A stretch of DNA of 64,000 nucleotides from Bacteroidales bacterium (GCA_050179935.1 JBFXEQ010000012.1:13828-77827), one strand, 5' to 3'. Positions 28,431-38,571 are shown, counted from the stretch's first letter. Notes: a model not told the origin generated them from the letters alone. Made by a program: numbers and translations.

Positions 28431-29822
28431 TTAATAACCTAAAATCTGAAGCATATCTAAAGGAGTTTGTTCGTCAGAGAACAGCTCGTAGGTAAACTTC
28501 CCTTTTTTATCTTTGTCTATAATAATTTGTTTTGGAAAAGGAATCAGACAATGCTGAATACCTCCAAAACCAGCAAGAGAATCCTGATAAGCTCCAGTAT
28601 TAAAAAATCCAATATAGAGTGTTTCGCCTGAAGAAACTTTTGGAAGATAAATGGCGTTGCTGTGTTGCTCGGAGTTATAGTAATCATCACTGTCGCATGT
28701 TAGTCCACCTAAAAAAACACGCTCATAAGTATTGTTCCACTTGTTTACCGCTAACATAATAAATCGTTTATTTATTGCCCAACTATCGGGTAAAGTGGTC
28801 ATAAAGGAGCTGTCTATCATGTTCCAAACCTCACGATCATTTTGTTTTTTCTGACCAAGCACAGAATATATTAAACCGCCACTCTCGCCTACAGTAAATG
28901 ACCCAAATTCAGTAAAAATATTGGGTTCTTTTAAGTTATTGGCTTCGCAAAATAATTTTATCTGCGAAACGATTTCTTGTACCATGTACTCATAATCGTA
29001 CTCGAACGAAAGGTTGTTTTTTATTGGAAATCCTCCACCGATATTCAAAGAATCGAGCTCAGGACAAACCTTTTTAAGTTCACCATAAACATTCATACAT
29101 TTTCCAAGCTCACTCCAGTAATATGAATTATCCTTTATACCTGTATTAATGAAGAAATGGAGCATTTTAAGCTTGATGTTTGGATTTTCGCGGATTTTCT
29201 TTTTATAAAAAGGTACAATGTCTTTGTATCCAATACCAAGGCGCGAGGTATAAAACTCAAACTTAGGTTCCTCCTCAGAAGCAATCCGTATTCCTACCTG
29301 AAAAGGAACTTCGACTTTTTCTTCAAATTGATTTATTTCGTAAATATTGTCAATTACAGGTATCGTGTTTTTAAATCCATTATTTATTAATCGGGCAATA
29401 TTATCTATATAAGCTTCGCGTTTATAACCGTTACAAATAATGTACGTTGATTTATCGATTTTTTTATCCTCAAAAAGTTTTTCAACAATATTGATATCAA
29501 AAGCCGAAGACGTTTCGATATGAATATCATTTTTTAATGCTTCGTTCAAAACATGTTTAAAATGAGAGCTTTTTGTACAATAGCAATAAAAATAATCGCT
29601 TTTGTAATCGACTTTTTCCATGGCTGTAGCAAACCATTTTTTAGCTCTTTTTATTTGATTTGAGATCTGTGGTAAATAGGTAAATTTAAGTGGAGTTCCA
29701 TATTTTTCAATAATATCCATTAATGGAATCTTGTGGAAAAGGAGATTGTCATCATCCAACTCAAACTCTTTCTGAGGAAAGTCAAAAGTTTGTTCGATAA
29801 GATCTGCGTATTTAATTTTCAT
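28431..29822 (-). CDS. PLP-dependent (fold III, Orn/DAP/Arg decarboxylase family) arginine decarboxylase-like enzyme
   Basis: 463 aa. Contains a PLP-lysine context (YCYCTKSS), GGGFPI and the substrate motif GGLTCDSDD. Operon context with agmatinase suggests arginine as substrate. Confidence 0.7.
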   Translation of the reverse strand: MKIKYADLIEQTFDFPQKEFELDDDNLLFHKIPLMDIIEKYGTPLKFTYLPQISNQIKRAKKWFATAMEKVDYKSDYFYCYCTKSSHFKHVLNEALKNDIHIETSSAFDINIVEKLFEDKKIDKSTYIICNGYKREAYIDNIARLINNGFKNTIPVIDNIYEINQFEEKVEVPFQVGIRIASEEEPKFEFYTSRLGIGYKDIVPFYKKKIRENPNIKLKMLHFFINTGIKDNSYYWSELGKCMNVYGELKKVCPELDSLNIGGGFPIKNNLSFEYDYEYMVQEIVSQIKLFCEANNLKEPNIFTEFGSFTVGESGGLIYSVLGQKKQNDREVWNMIDSSFMTTLPDSWAINKRFIMLAVNKWNNTYERVFLGGLTCDSDDYYNSEQHSNAIYLPKVSSGETLYIGFFNTGAYQDSLAGFGGIQHCLIPFPKQIIIDKDKKGKFTYELFSDEQTPLDMLQILGY

Positions 29823-29933
29823 TCATAAAAGGGTATAATTGATTAATAATAAAGCGCAAAGTAAAGAAAAATTGTTTATAAAATTTGCAAAATTAAAATT
29901 AATAAAAAAAATCAATAATAGCCAGTTATATCA

Positions 29934-29960
29934 ACAAAAAAAGCCACAAACGTGGCTTTT
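29934..29960 (-). terminator. Intrinsic terminator after the SPOR gene
   Basis: On the minus strand: AAAAGCCACGTTTGTGGCTTTTTTTG. Confidence 0.7.
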
Positions 29961-29981
29961 GAGAGTTGTTTTTTTTAATTT

Positions 29982-31118
29982 CTAAAAATATAAAATCCAA
30001 GCTGTTAATCCTTTTTCGCGAGTTATGATTTTATATTCTGCCAGGGCTTGTGTTTTATCAGTAAACGAACTATAACTTACGGCATACATTCCATTACGTT
30101 CCCCAAGTCTTTCTGCAGGAAAACCTTTTTCTATCAATGATTTTTGATAGTTGTCGGCGTACTTCTGATTTTTAAAACTACCGGCAATAATGTAATATTT
30201 TTTCTGAATTTCTACAGATTTAATCGGCTCTTGAGTTGTTGAAGCATCAATTGCTTGTTCGGTATTTTCGGTAATTGGTGATTCGGGTTCTGTAACTTCT
30301 GTATTCTCGTTTATGTTTTTTTCAGTTACAATTTTTTCTATTTTGGTTTCTTGTTTTTTCTCTTTTTTAAGAATCTTATTAACGGTATCGAAGTTTAATA
30401 AAGCCCATATAAAAATTGCAGCGAGTGGTAATCCAATTGCAATTGACCAAACTAATCCTTTATTTACAGAAGATGCTTTTTTCACTGTAGTTTGTTCCTT
30501 TTCAGCTTTTGATGTTGAGAAGGGTGTTTTTATTTCGGGCATAATTGGTTTTTCTTCTGTTTTAATTGTTTGTTTTACCTCTTCTTTAATAATTAATTCT
30601 TCTTGTTTTATTTCAGGTGCTATTTCTTTTTCGGTTGATTTGGCTGATTTTGCCTTTGCTGTAACTTTTTTAACAGGTTCTTTACCAGTTTTTGTTGATG
30701 TTTTTTTGGTTTCTTTTTTTGTAGTTTCCTTTGGTTTTTCTGATTCAGTATCTTTTATACCTGATTCATTAACAATTGGTGTAAAAGCTACTTTACCTTG
30801 TTTATCCATTGTAAACTGGCCGAATTTCGGAATATCATAAACCGAATCATCGGTAAGTTTTAGTTTAATTTCTTCGATAAAATCTTTAATTTTAACCGAC
30901 GCCAGATCTTTTGTTATTCCTTCTTTCTTTATGATAAATCTTTCTAATAGCTCATCATTAAATTTTAAAAATGGGCTAAAATAAACATCGCTTAATTTTT
31001 CTTCAAGGTTATTCGAATCTTTTCCTTTTGATGTAGCTCTGACCAAAAATGCGCCGTAATTTGGAATTATAACACGGTTATTTGTTGCTAAAAGCTCTTG
31101 AATATAACTAGTTATCAT
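29982..31118 (-). CDS. HU-like N-terminal domain plus SPOR-domain protein (peptidoglycan-binding, membrane anchored)
   Basis: Likely ATG at 31118 (MITSYIQELLATNNRVIIPNYGAFLV); the ORF-track TTG start is at 31142. It has a K/E/T-rich linker, one TM and a C-terminal SPOR-like domain (YYIIAGSFKNQKYA...). Confidence 0.75.
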   Translation of the reverse strand: MITSYIQELLATNNRVIIPNYGAFLVRATSKGKDSNNLEEKLSDVYFSPFLKFNDELLERFIIKKEGITKDLASVKIKDFIEEIKLKLTDDSVYDIPKFGQFTMDKQGKVAFTPIVNESGIKDTESEKPKETTKKETKKTSTKTGKEPVKKVTAKAKSAKSTEKEIAPEIKQEELIIKEEVKQTIKTEEKPIMPEIKTPFSTSKAEKEQTTVKKASSVNKGLVWSIAIGLPLAAIFIWALLNFDTVNKILKKEKKQETKIEKIVTEKNINENTEVTEPESPITENTEQAIDASTTQEPIKSVEIQKKYYIIAGSFKNQKYADNYQKSLIEKGFPAERLGERNGMYAVSYSSFTDKTQALAEYKIITREKGLTAWILYF

Positions 31119-31227
31119 ATCAAAAAAATTTTGAGTTAACAAAATAATTGTATAAATGTAAGAAATTTATAATAAATATGATACAAAATAAATACTCCTG
31201 TTATAAAAATGGGTAGTTTCAGACACA

Positions 31228-34200
31228 TTAGTTTTGAGAAAAAGCCTGACTTATAGCATGAAGCAGGCTCTCTATTGTTATAGGCTTTGAAATGTAGTTG
31301 TCAAATCCAGCATCGCTACATTGCTTTTCTTCGTTATTATGAACATAAGCCGTTTGCCCTATAATTTTAAGGTTTTTATTGTGCTGTTTTATTATTCGTG
31401 CAGCTTCAAATCCATCCATTACAGGCATTTTAATATCCATCAAAACTAAGTCAATTTGGTCGTTTTGCATACACATTTCAACCGCCTGTTTTCCATCTTT
31501 TGCCCAAATAATTTTAGCTTTTGTAGGAATTAGTGCTTCTTCTATGAAAGTATAATTAATTGGCAGATCTTCGGCAACAAGTACAACTTTGTTTTGCCAG
31601 TTAAAATCAAAATCCTGAGTTTCGTCATCGTTGCTCTTTTCGAACTTGTGTTCGGCAGGTTCTAGTGGAAGTGTAAAGTAGATTGTTGTTCCCTGGTTTG
31701 GAGTTGACTGTGCCCATATTTCTCCGCCAAGATGCTGAATAATTTTTTTAGCTATCGTTAGTCCAATTCCCATGCCTCCATATTCGCGGGTAAATGATTC
31801 ATCGGCCTGTCGGAATAAATCGTAAATATGTTCAAATTTTTCGTGAGCAATTCCAATTCCTGAATCAATTACATAAAACTGAATCGTGTTTTTTTCGATA
31901 ATTGAATAACCAAACTCAACAAATCCTTTTGATGTAAATTTAACTGCATTTTCGATTAGGTTATTCAAAACTTGTCTAAGTCTTCTAACATCTGTCGAAA
32001 TGGTAAATCCTTTTCTTCTAACGCCTTTGTTAACTGACAATCTTATTTCTTTGTTTTCGTCTGCTTCAATTTTATTGTTAAATTCGGTATAAAGCTCTGT
32101 AATTAATTTGTTTACCTGACAATCGGATTTTTTTATTTCGAAACTTCCTGATTGTATTTTCGAAATATCGATTACATCATCAATTATTTTGAGGAGACTA
32201 AAGCCGTTTTCATTAATTAAGTTATTGAGTTTTACACGTTCCTCGAATGCCAGGTCTTCGTCTAATAAAAGATTTGAAAAGCCAATAATAGCATTCATTG
32301 GGGTTCTGATTTCGTGCGAAAGGTTCGATAAAAAGGCAGATTTAAGTCGATCGGCCTCTTCTGCTTTTTCTTTGGCCAGTATTAATTCTTTTTCGTTATG
32401 CTTGCGTTTAGTAATATCCTCAGAAATAAAAACAAAATGGGTAATTTCTCCTTTTTCGTTTTTAACCGGCGAAATAGATGCAAGCTCCCAATATTTTTCT
32501 CCGTTTTTCTTAATATTCTGAAACTCTCCCTGCCAATCTACTCCGGTTATAACGATATCCATTATATCTTGGTAAATGCTTTTTGATAATTCTTCGGATC
32601 TTAAAATACTTATTTCCTTGCCAATTACATCGTTGGTAGAATATCCTGTAATTTGTGTAAAGCTTTGATTAACAATCTCTATTTTGCCTTTTAAATTGGT
32701 AATAATAACGCATGTGGGCGAATGTTGAATAGCATTGGAAAGAATTTTAAGCTGTAGTTCGGTTTTCTTTTTATTAGTAATATCAACCATAACTCCACCA
32801 ATCTGCCATTGGTTATCAGCGTTTCTAAAACGAAACTTATGGGTTAAAAACGAATTTAGATTTCCTGAAAAATCGGGTAACTCTTCTTCTAAGGCTAAAA
32901 TTTCACCAGCAACAACTTTATGATCTTCTTTAATTATTCGGTTAGCATATTTCTCCGAAAATAATTCTTTAGGGAGCTTGCCAATGCTTTTATCAGATAA
33001 TACAGATCTTTTTACATATTTGTTTATGTAAAGCATTTTTCCGTTATCGTCTTTAATAAAAACACCAACAGGAATATTGTCCATAAACAAGGAGAACTGT
33101 TGTTCTGTTCTTTTTAAAGCTTCTTCAATCTCTAACCTTTTTGAAATATCTTTAAAATCTTCAATTATTCCTAAAACCTCACCTGTACTAGCTTTAAAAG
33201 CTACAGAAGTAATAATACCTGGGATTATTAAGCCAGAAGTGTTTTTTTTCTGAATATCCTGTTCAACTCTTTCTTCTCCGTTCATAATTCTTACAAGCGG
33301 ACATTCGGCTGTATGGCAAAATGGACCAGGGAAAACTTCATAACACTTTCTGCCTTCTGCATTTTCTTTACTTATACCCGACATCATGGTAAAGGTTCGA
33401 TTTACACGAAGTATGTTGAAGTTGGTATCAATTAACCTCATGCTATTGCCTGTAGTATTGAAAATTTGATTAAGCTCAGCGTTTGTTTTTATTATTTCTT
33501 TCGATTTTTCTTCCAGTCGCTTATCCAGGTTATCTTGCAGGTTAAACAACTTATGCAGTATAATATTAAACGAAAAATGCAGAATTAATGAAACAGCAAT
33601 TAAAATAAGGATAATTATTAGTAGCGATCTGTAAATAGTAACCTGAAACTGATTTTCGAGCTGGGTAATATCTTTGGCAAATACAATACCAACAAATCCT
33701 TCGGAATGGAATTGGTTTTGAACCTGAACCAAATTAGAAAAATAATATTTATCGTTAAACTTAAACCTTTCTTTTGTAAGCTTATTGTTCTGTATTGATA
33801 TTTTTGATAAAACAGGGCTGTTATAAAGTGTGTGAATTATTAAATCTTTATTTGAGTTTTGATTGGTTGAGTTTTCAAGAAAAAGAGGGGATACAATTTT
33901 TTTATCAAACACAGAAGCTATCTGAACATTAAATTTTTTAGCAATGCTTTCAGCCACTTCGTTTTCACGTAATCCAAACTCAATACAACCAAGGTATTTG
34001 CCATCATAAAACAAGGGTTCAACTATTTTATAATATAATTGAGAATTTAAATATTCAAATCCAGAAGCAGGTTTACTTGTTGCATTAACCTTTGCAACAA
34101 ATGAGCTTGGTGGAGCTGTTTCAACAGAAGCATTTGGACCAATATCCAGAAGTAGAACAGAGAGGTTATCGGGGCCATAAAAATTGATAATAAAATGGAA

Positions 34201-34515
34201 CGGATTTTCAGATTTTAGGACAGAATAGAGAGGTAGTGCTTTTCTGTAAAGTTCGTCAACGTTAATAGTCGCAAATTCTTTCCTTATTTCAGGATTATTA
34301 ACAAAAAATTTTATTTTTTCGCGATATAACGAATTTGTATTATAAAGGAGGTTTTTAATTTCAAGGCATACAATTTCATTATCCTTCTGTATTTGCCAAT
34401 CGCGATATTGTCTTTGATTTTGTATTCCTAGGTAAAAGTACACTGAGCACAAAATAAGCAAAACAGTAACTACAGCAAGAATGGTTTTAGTCTTTAATTT
34501 TTTCTCGAATTCCAT
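31228..34515 (-). CDS. Hybrid sensor histidine kinase / response regulator with periplasmic domain and multiple PAS domains
   Basis: 1095 aa. Two TMs bracket a ~270-aa domain. There are at least three PAS domains, then HisKA (FLSNLSHEIRTPMNAI), HATPase (GGMGIGLTIAKKII) and REC (LVLMDIKMPVMDG). Confidence 0.92.
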   Translation of the reverse strand: MEFEKKLKTKTILAVVTVLLILCSVYFYLGIQNQRQYRDWQIQKDNEIVCLEIKNLLYNTNSLYREKIKFFVNNPEIRKEFATINVDELYRKALPLYSVLKSENPFHFIINFYGPDNLSVLLLDIGPNASVETAPPSSFVAKVNATSKPASGFEYLNSQLYYKIVEPLFYDGKYLGCIEFGLRENEVAESIAKKFNVQIASVFDKKIVSPLFLENSTNQNSNKDLIIHTLYNSPVLSKISIQNNKLTKERFKFNDKYYFSNLVQVQNQFHSEGFVGIVFAKDITQLENQFQVTIYRSLLIIILILIAVSLILHFSFNIILHKLFNLQDNLDKRLEEKSKEIIKTNAELNQIFNTTGNSMRLIDTNFNILRVNRTFTMMSGISKENAEGRKCYEVFPGPFCHTAECPLVRIMNGEERVEQDIQKKNTSGLIIPGIITSVAFKASTGEVLGIIEDFKDISKRLEIEEALKRTEQQFSLFMDNIPVGVFIKDDNGKMLYINKYVKRSVLSDKSIGKLPKELFSEKYANRIIKEDHKVVAGEILALEEELPDFSGNLNSFLTHKFRFRNADNQWQIGGVMVDITNKKKTELQLKILSNAIQHSPTCVIITNLKGKIEIVNQSFTQITGYSTNDVIGKEISILRSEELSKSIYQDIMDIVITGVDWQGEFQNIKKNGEKYWELASISPVKNEKGEITHFVFISEDITKRKHNEKELILAKEKAEEADRLKSAFLSNLSHEIRTPMNAIIGFSNLLLDEDLAFEERVKLNNLINENGFSLLKIIDDVIDISKIQSGSFEIKKSDCQVNKLITELYTEFNNKIEADENKEIRLSVNKGVRRKGFTISTDVRRLRQVLNNLIENAVKFTSKGFVEFGYSIIEKNTIQFYVIDSGIGIAHEKFEHIYDLFRQADESFTREYGGMGIGLTIAKKIIQHLGGEIWAQSTPNQGTTIYFTLPLEPAEHKFEKSNDDETQDFDFNWQNKVVLVAEDLPINYTFIEEALIPTKAKIIWAKDGKQAVEMCMQNDQIDLVLMDIKMPVMDGFEAARIIKQHNKNLKIIGQTAYVHNNEEKQCSDAGFDNYISKPITIESLLHAISQAFSQN

Positions 34516-34874
34516 GAATTCTTTAAACTCCTTATATCAAAAAAACAACCCGCAAATAAAGTAAAAATTCTGAAACAAAAAAACTTACGGATTATAGGTT
34601 TGTAATCTTTTTATTAAAATAACCGTTAAATTTTATTTTTCGGATTGTTAATAAACTATCAAAGGATCAATAAAATAGATCGATTTCGATAGGCATTTAA
34701 AAATTGTTTAAAAGATTAAAAAATGTTTTGACAGGTGAAGGATTTTGCCAGAAAGGTTAAACAAAAACAGGCTGTACAATCTGTTTTATAATAATTACTT
34801 CAAGTTTTTATCTTTTATTTTTATTGAATAAAGTATAAATTGCGGGTACTTATTATACTAAATGGCTAGTTATT

Positions 34875-35960
34875 ATGAATAAGAGATTAGCGGTACTAAT
34901 TATTTTGCTGGCTATTTCAACAATGTTTTTAAAAGGGCAGGATTCACTAACGAATCCGATTAATTTTTCAATTAAACCTCAAGTTGGATTTATATTGCCA
35001 CATTCGAGTAAAATTGAACATTTAAGCAATACAAATCCTTTTGGTGTTGAAGCTGAAGTATCGTGGCTTAGGATTAAAGAAAAAAATTACCAGCAATGCA
35101 ATTGTTATTCGAAAGCAGGCTTTTCGTTCTTATATATCAATTTTGATAATCCACAAGTTGTTGGAAGCTCGTATAATTTTATCGGATTTGCAGAACCTTT
35201 TTTGTATCGATCCGAGTCTTTTTTTATCTCTGCACGAATGGGGGCAGGTATAACATTTCTCAACAAAATTTATAATGAAAAAACGAATCCGGAGAACCTC
35301 TTTTTTTCTACTAATCTTGCATTTATTGTTGATGTTGATCTGAATGCCTATTACAAATTACATGATAATTTTTTGCTATTAGCGTTTGCAAAATACAATC
35401 ACATTTCAAATGGTGGAATAAAGTCACCAAATTATGGAATGAATTTTCCGACCTTTGGAGTAGGAATTAATTACACTTATAAAGGAAAATTTGGTTTCCC
35501 TGAGGCAAAAAAACAAAAGTTCGATCCCGGATGGTTTTACGAAACAAATGTGTTTGGAACTGTTAAAAAAATTGAGAAAGACAGTCTTTATTCAGAAGCA
35601 ACAAATCTAATCATTGGTTTTTATGGTTTAGCCGGTAGAACGATTTCAAAGTTAAATGGAATAAGTGTAGGATTTGAATATATAAATGATGGTGCAGCAA
35701 AAGAAAAAATTGAACGAAGAAATCTGAACACCGATCATCAGCAAGTATCCTTTTTAATCGGACATCATTTGTTGCTAGGCCGTTTTGATTTTTCTCAACA
35801 CTGGGGAACATATATTTATGCTCCATATAAAATTAAAAACTTTTACCAGCGATATACATTAAGCTATTTAATTGCCAATCGGTTTAAAATAGGTGCTTCG
35901 CTTAAAGTACATGGCGACTGGGCCGATAGCTTCAATCTGTTATTGGGATATTCGTTTTAA
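34875..35960 (+). CDS. Acyloxyacyl hydrolase / PagL-like outer-membrane lipid A deacylase family protein with extra C-terminal barrel half
   Basis: 361 aa with a signal peptide. YNHISNGGIKSPNYGMN resembles the PagL His-x-Ser-Asn catalytic segment, and the sequence shows a beta-strand periodicity. Confidence 0.55.
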   Translation: MNKRLAVLIILLAISTMFLKGQDSLTNPINFSIKPQVGFILPHSSKIEHLSNTNPFGVEAEVSWLRIKEKNYQQCNCYSKAGFSFLYINFDNPQVVGSSYNFIGFAEPFLYRSESFFISARMGAGITFLNKIYNEKTNPENLFFSTNLAFIVDVDLNAYYKLHDNFLLLAFAKYNHISNGGIKSPNYGMNFPTFGVGINYTYKGKFGFPEAKKQKFDPGWFYETNVFGTVKKIEKDSLYSEATNLIIGFYGLAGRTISKLNGISVGFEYINDGAAKEKIERRNLNTDHQQVSFLIGHHLLLGRFDFSQHWGTYIYAPYKIKNFYQRYTLSYLIANRFKIGASLKVHGDWADSFNLLLGYSF

Positions 35961-36007
35961 AAGATCTGAGGATGCATTATCTTTGATCAAACTTAAAATT
36001 AATTTAA

Positions 36008-37345
36008 ATGATGGACTGGGATAAACTAATTTCTGCCAAACGATTAGGACAAGAAAAAATTGAAATTACAAAACCTGATGAAATAAGATCGCAGTTTCAA
36101 CGCGATTATGATCGTATAATATTTTCATCACCCTTTCGTCGATTACAAAACAAAACACAGGTTTTTCCGTTACCTGGGAGCATATTTGTTCATAATCGCC
36201 TTACACATAGCCTCGAAGTTGCAAGTGTTGGCAGATCAATCGCAAATCTGGTTGCAATGGAGCTTAAAAAAAGACCAGAAATTAAAAACAAAGAAATTTT
36301 CGATGAGTTTGGATCAATTGTATCGGCAGCATGTTTGGCTCACGATTTAGGCAATCCTCCCTTTGGTCATGCGGGCGAAGAAGCTATTTCAAGGTTCTTT
36401 TTATCGGGCAACGGACAGATGATAAAATCAAAAGTGTCTGAAAATGAATGGCTTGATCTTGTAAATTTTGAAGGGAATGCCAATGCATTGCGTTTATTGA
36501 CAAATCAATTTATTGGTAGACGAAGAGGCGGATTTGCTCTTACTTACTCAACTTTGGCTTCACTTGTAAAATATCCACATGGATCGAATGCCTTACAAAA
36601 AGGGAAAAGGAAATATGGTTATTTTCAATCTGAAAAAGAAACCTTTTATTTTATTGCAAAAGAATTAGGGTTATTAAAAACAAGTGAACATCCGGAAAGT
36701 TATGTTCGTCATCCTTTAGTATTTCTTGTTGAGGCGGCTGACGATATCTGTTACGAAATAATGGATATTGAAGATGCTCATAAACTCAAAATTCTTGATT
36801 CAGTGAAAACATTCGATCTTTTGCTTGGGTTTTTTGATAAATCAGAAGATTCGTTGTTTTACAAACAAAAGGAACATGTCTTTTCCGAAGTTACTGATCT
36901 AAATGAACAGGTTGCTTATTTAAGAGCTTCGGTTATAAACAAGCTTGTTAGAGAGACAGCAACTGTGTTTATCGAAAATCACGATAAAATTCTGAACGGG
37001 AATTATGATAAAAGTCTTGTAAATGGGCTGAGTGGAATAAGTTATGATGCATTCAATACATGCAAAAAACTGGCAAATAAGGTAATATATAATCACCCGT
37101 CGGTTGTAAAAATCGAATTGTCAGGATTTAATATACTCGGAACACTTTTGGACGAATTTATATCTGCTATAAATAATTCTGAAAGCAAATACTCAAAGAA
37201 AATACTTTCTGTTATTCCTTCACAATTTAATATCGAAGATGAGTGTTTTTATAAAAAAACAATGGCCGTCGTAGACTTTGTTTCTGGCATGACCGATCTG
37301 TATGCTGTTGATTTATATAAAGATATAAAAGGAATTAATTTATAA
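36008..37345 (+). CDS. dgt: dGTP triphosphohydrolase-like HD-domain protein
   Basis: 445 aa. Contains FQRDYDRIIFSSPFRRLQNKTQV, HNRLTHSLEV and HDLGNPPFGH. Confidence 0.9.
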   Translation: MMDWDKLISAKRLGQEKIEITKPDEIRSQFQRDYDRIIFSSPFRRLQNKTQVFPLPGSIFVHNRLTHSLEVASVGRSIANLVAMELKKRPEIKNKEIFDEFGSIVSAACLAHDLGNPPFGHAGEEAISRFFLSGNGQMIKSKVSENEWLDLVNFEGNANALRLLTNQFIGRRRGGFALTYSTLASLVKYPHGSNALQKGKRKYGYFQSEKETFYFIAKELGLLKTSEHPESYVRHPLVFLVEAADDICYEIMDIEDAHKLKILDSVKTFDLLLGFFDKSEDSLFYKQKEHVFSEVTDLNEQVAYLRASVINKLVRETATVFIENHDKILNGNYDKSLVNGLSGISYDAFNTCKKLANKVIYNHPSVVKIELSGFNILGTLLDEFISAINNSESKYSKKILSVIPSQFNIEDECFYKKTMAVVDFVSGMTDLYAVDLYKDIKGINL

Positions 37346-37412
37346 CAGATTTAAAAACCACTATTGGATTAAAGATTTTGTTTGTTTGGGATTTTAATTA
37401 ATATTTGATCTA

Positions 37413-38258
37413 CTAAATTGATCCACTAAAAGTATCATCTTGAGAAATATCACCTGTATTATAGCCCTTTCTAAACCAACTCATCCGTTGTTCTGAGGAG
37501 CCATGTGTAAAATCGTCGGGAACAACTCTCCCTCTGGTTTTTAGTTGAATAGCATCATCACCAACTGCGCCTGCAGCATTTAATGCTTCTTCCAAATCAC
37601 CTTGCTCCAATACGTTAAGCATGTTTTGTGCATAATGAGACCAGATTCCTGCAAAAAAATCTGCTTGCAATTCAAGTCTTACAGTTAATGCATTAGCTTG
37701 TGATTCACTCAGTTGTTGACGCTGCTCATGAACCTGTGGTAATATTCCTAAAAGTTGCTGAACATGATGTCCTACTTCGTGTGCAATAACATAAGCTACC
37801 GCAAAATCACCATAAACGCCAAATCGAGATTCGAGCAAATCGCAAAAGCTTAAATCGATATATATTTTTTCGTCAGCAGAGCAATAAAATGGGCCACTAG
37901 AGGCACTTGCGTATCCGCAAGCTGATTCGACCTGATCGCGAAACAGAACTAGCGAAGGGTTTCGATAAGTATATCCATTTTGTTCAAAGATTTTGCCCCA
38001 GATCTCTTCAGTGTCAGCTAAAACAACAGAAACAAATTGAGCCATTTCATCTTCTGCTGTGTTTGATTCATAAGGTATTGAGGTTTGTTCTTGTCCGTTT
38101 TGAAATTGCTGCAAAACTTCAGTTGGGTCTCCACCAAGGAACATCACAATTACTGCAATCACAATTCCGGCTAAACCTCCGCCAATAGTCACGTTTTTTG
38201 CCGACATTCCACGGCGGTCTTCAACATTTTCGCTTCCGCGTCTTCCTTTCCAAAGCAT
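37413..38258 (-). CDS. ypfJ: YpfJ-family neutral zinc metallopeptidase
   Basis: 281 aa. It has the characteristic start MLWKGRRGSENVEDRRG, one TM and HEVGHHVQ. Confidence 0.85.
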   Translation of the reverse strand: MLWKGRRGSENVEDRRGMSAKNVTIGGGLAGIVIAVIVMFLGGDPTEVLQQFQNGQEQTSIPYESNTAEDEMAQFVSVVLADTEEIWGKIFEQNGYTYRNPSLVLFRDQVESACGYASASSGPFYCSADEKIYIDLSFCDLLESRFGVYGDFAVAYVIAHEVGHHVQQLLGILPQVHEQRQQLSESQANALTVRLELQADFFAGIWSHYAQNMLNVLEQGDLEEALNAAGAVGDDAIQLKTRGRVVPDDFTHGSSEQRMSWFRKGYNTGDISQDDTFSGSI

Positions 38259-38322
38259 ATCATTAAGTTTTAATTACAATTCTGATAAAAACAAATTTAT
38301 GGATTTATTTTTGAGTGTGTTT

Positions 38323-38571
38323 TTATTCGTTCAAATTTCTTTGATACTCATTAACAATTTGTTTTGCTTTATCAAAATCACCTGCTGAAACAAAAATGGA
38401 AATCGGACCAGCTCCTCCGGGTGATGTCCATCAAGGATTTAGTGTTCCTAAAATTTCATCTTTAACAAATGGTTTAATATCTGCATTTTCAAGCAAGCTT
38501 TTAACCAATGCTGCCTGCCAGGCAGTTCCTTCAAATACTTCAATTGGATCATCATTGCTTTTCGATCTCAT
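38323..38571 (-). pseudogene. DUF2007-like small protein gene interrupted by an in-frame TGA
   Basis: Hand translation of the minus strand gives MRSKSNDDPIEVFEGTAWQAALVKSLLENADIKPFVKDEILGTLNP*WTSPGGAGPISIFVSAGDFDKAKQIVNEYQRNLNE*. The TGA is at 38431-38433. The two halves read as one continuous small domain. Confidence 0.55.

Noticed and set aside
30313-30840. A 175-aa ORF antisense to the SPOR-domain gene.
   Set aside because: It is an artefact of the K/E/T-rich linker region; the translation is low-complexity F/S/V-rich.
34548-34852. An 8-bp inverted pair, ACCCGCAA / TTGCGGGT, about 290 bp apart in the divergent promoter region, with a related AACCCGCAATTG at ~17876.
   Set aside because: The pair is too short to be significant by eye, and no consistent position relative to start codons was seen.
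37413-38258. Apparently higher GC content in the ypfJ region, considered as a sign of horizontal transfer.
   Set aside because: Hand counts of a few 60-nt lines give about 35-43 percent GC. That is the same as conserved core genes such as atpA (~43 percent in the line counted), so the difference reflects coding conservation rather than an island.
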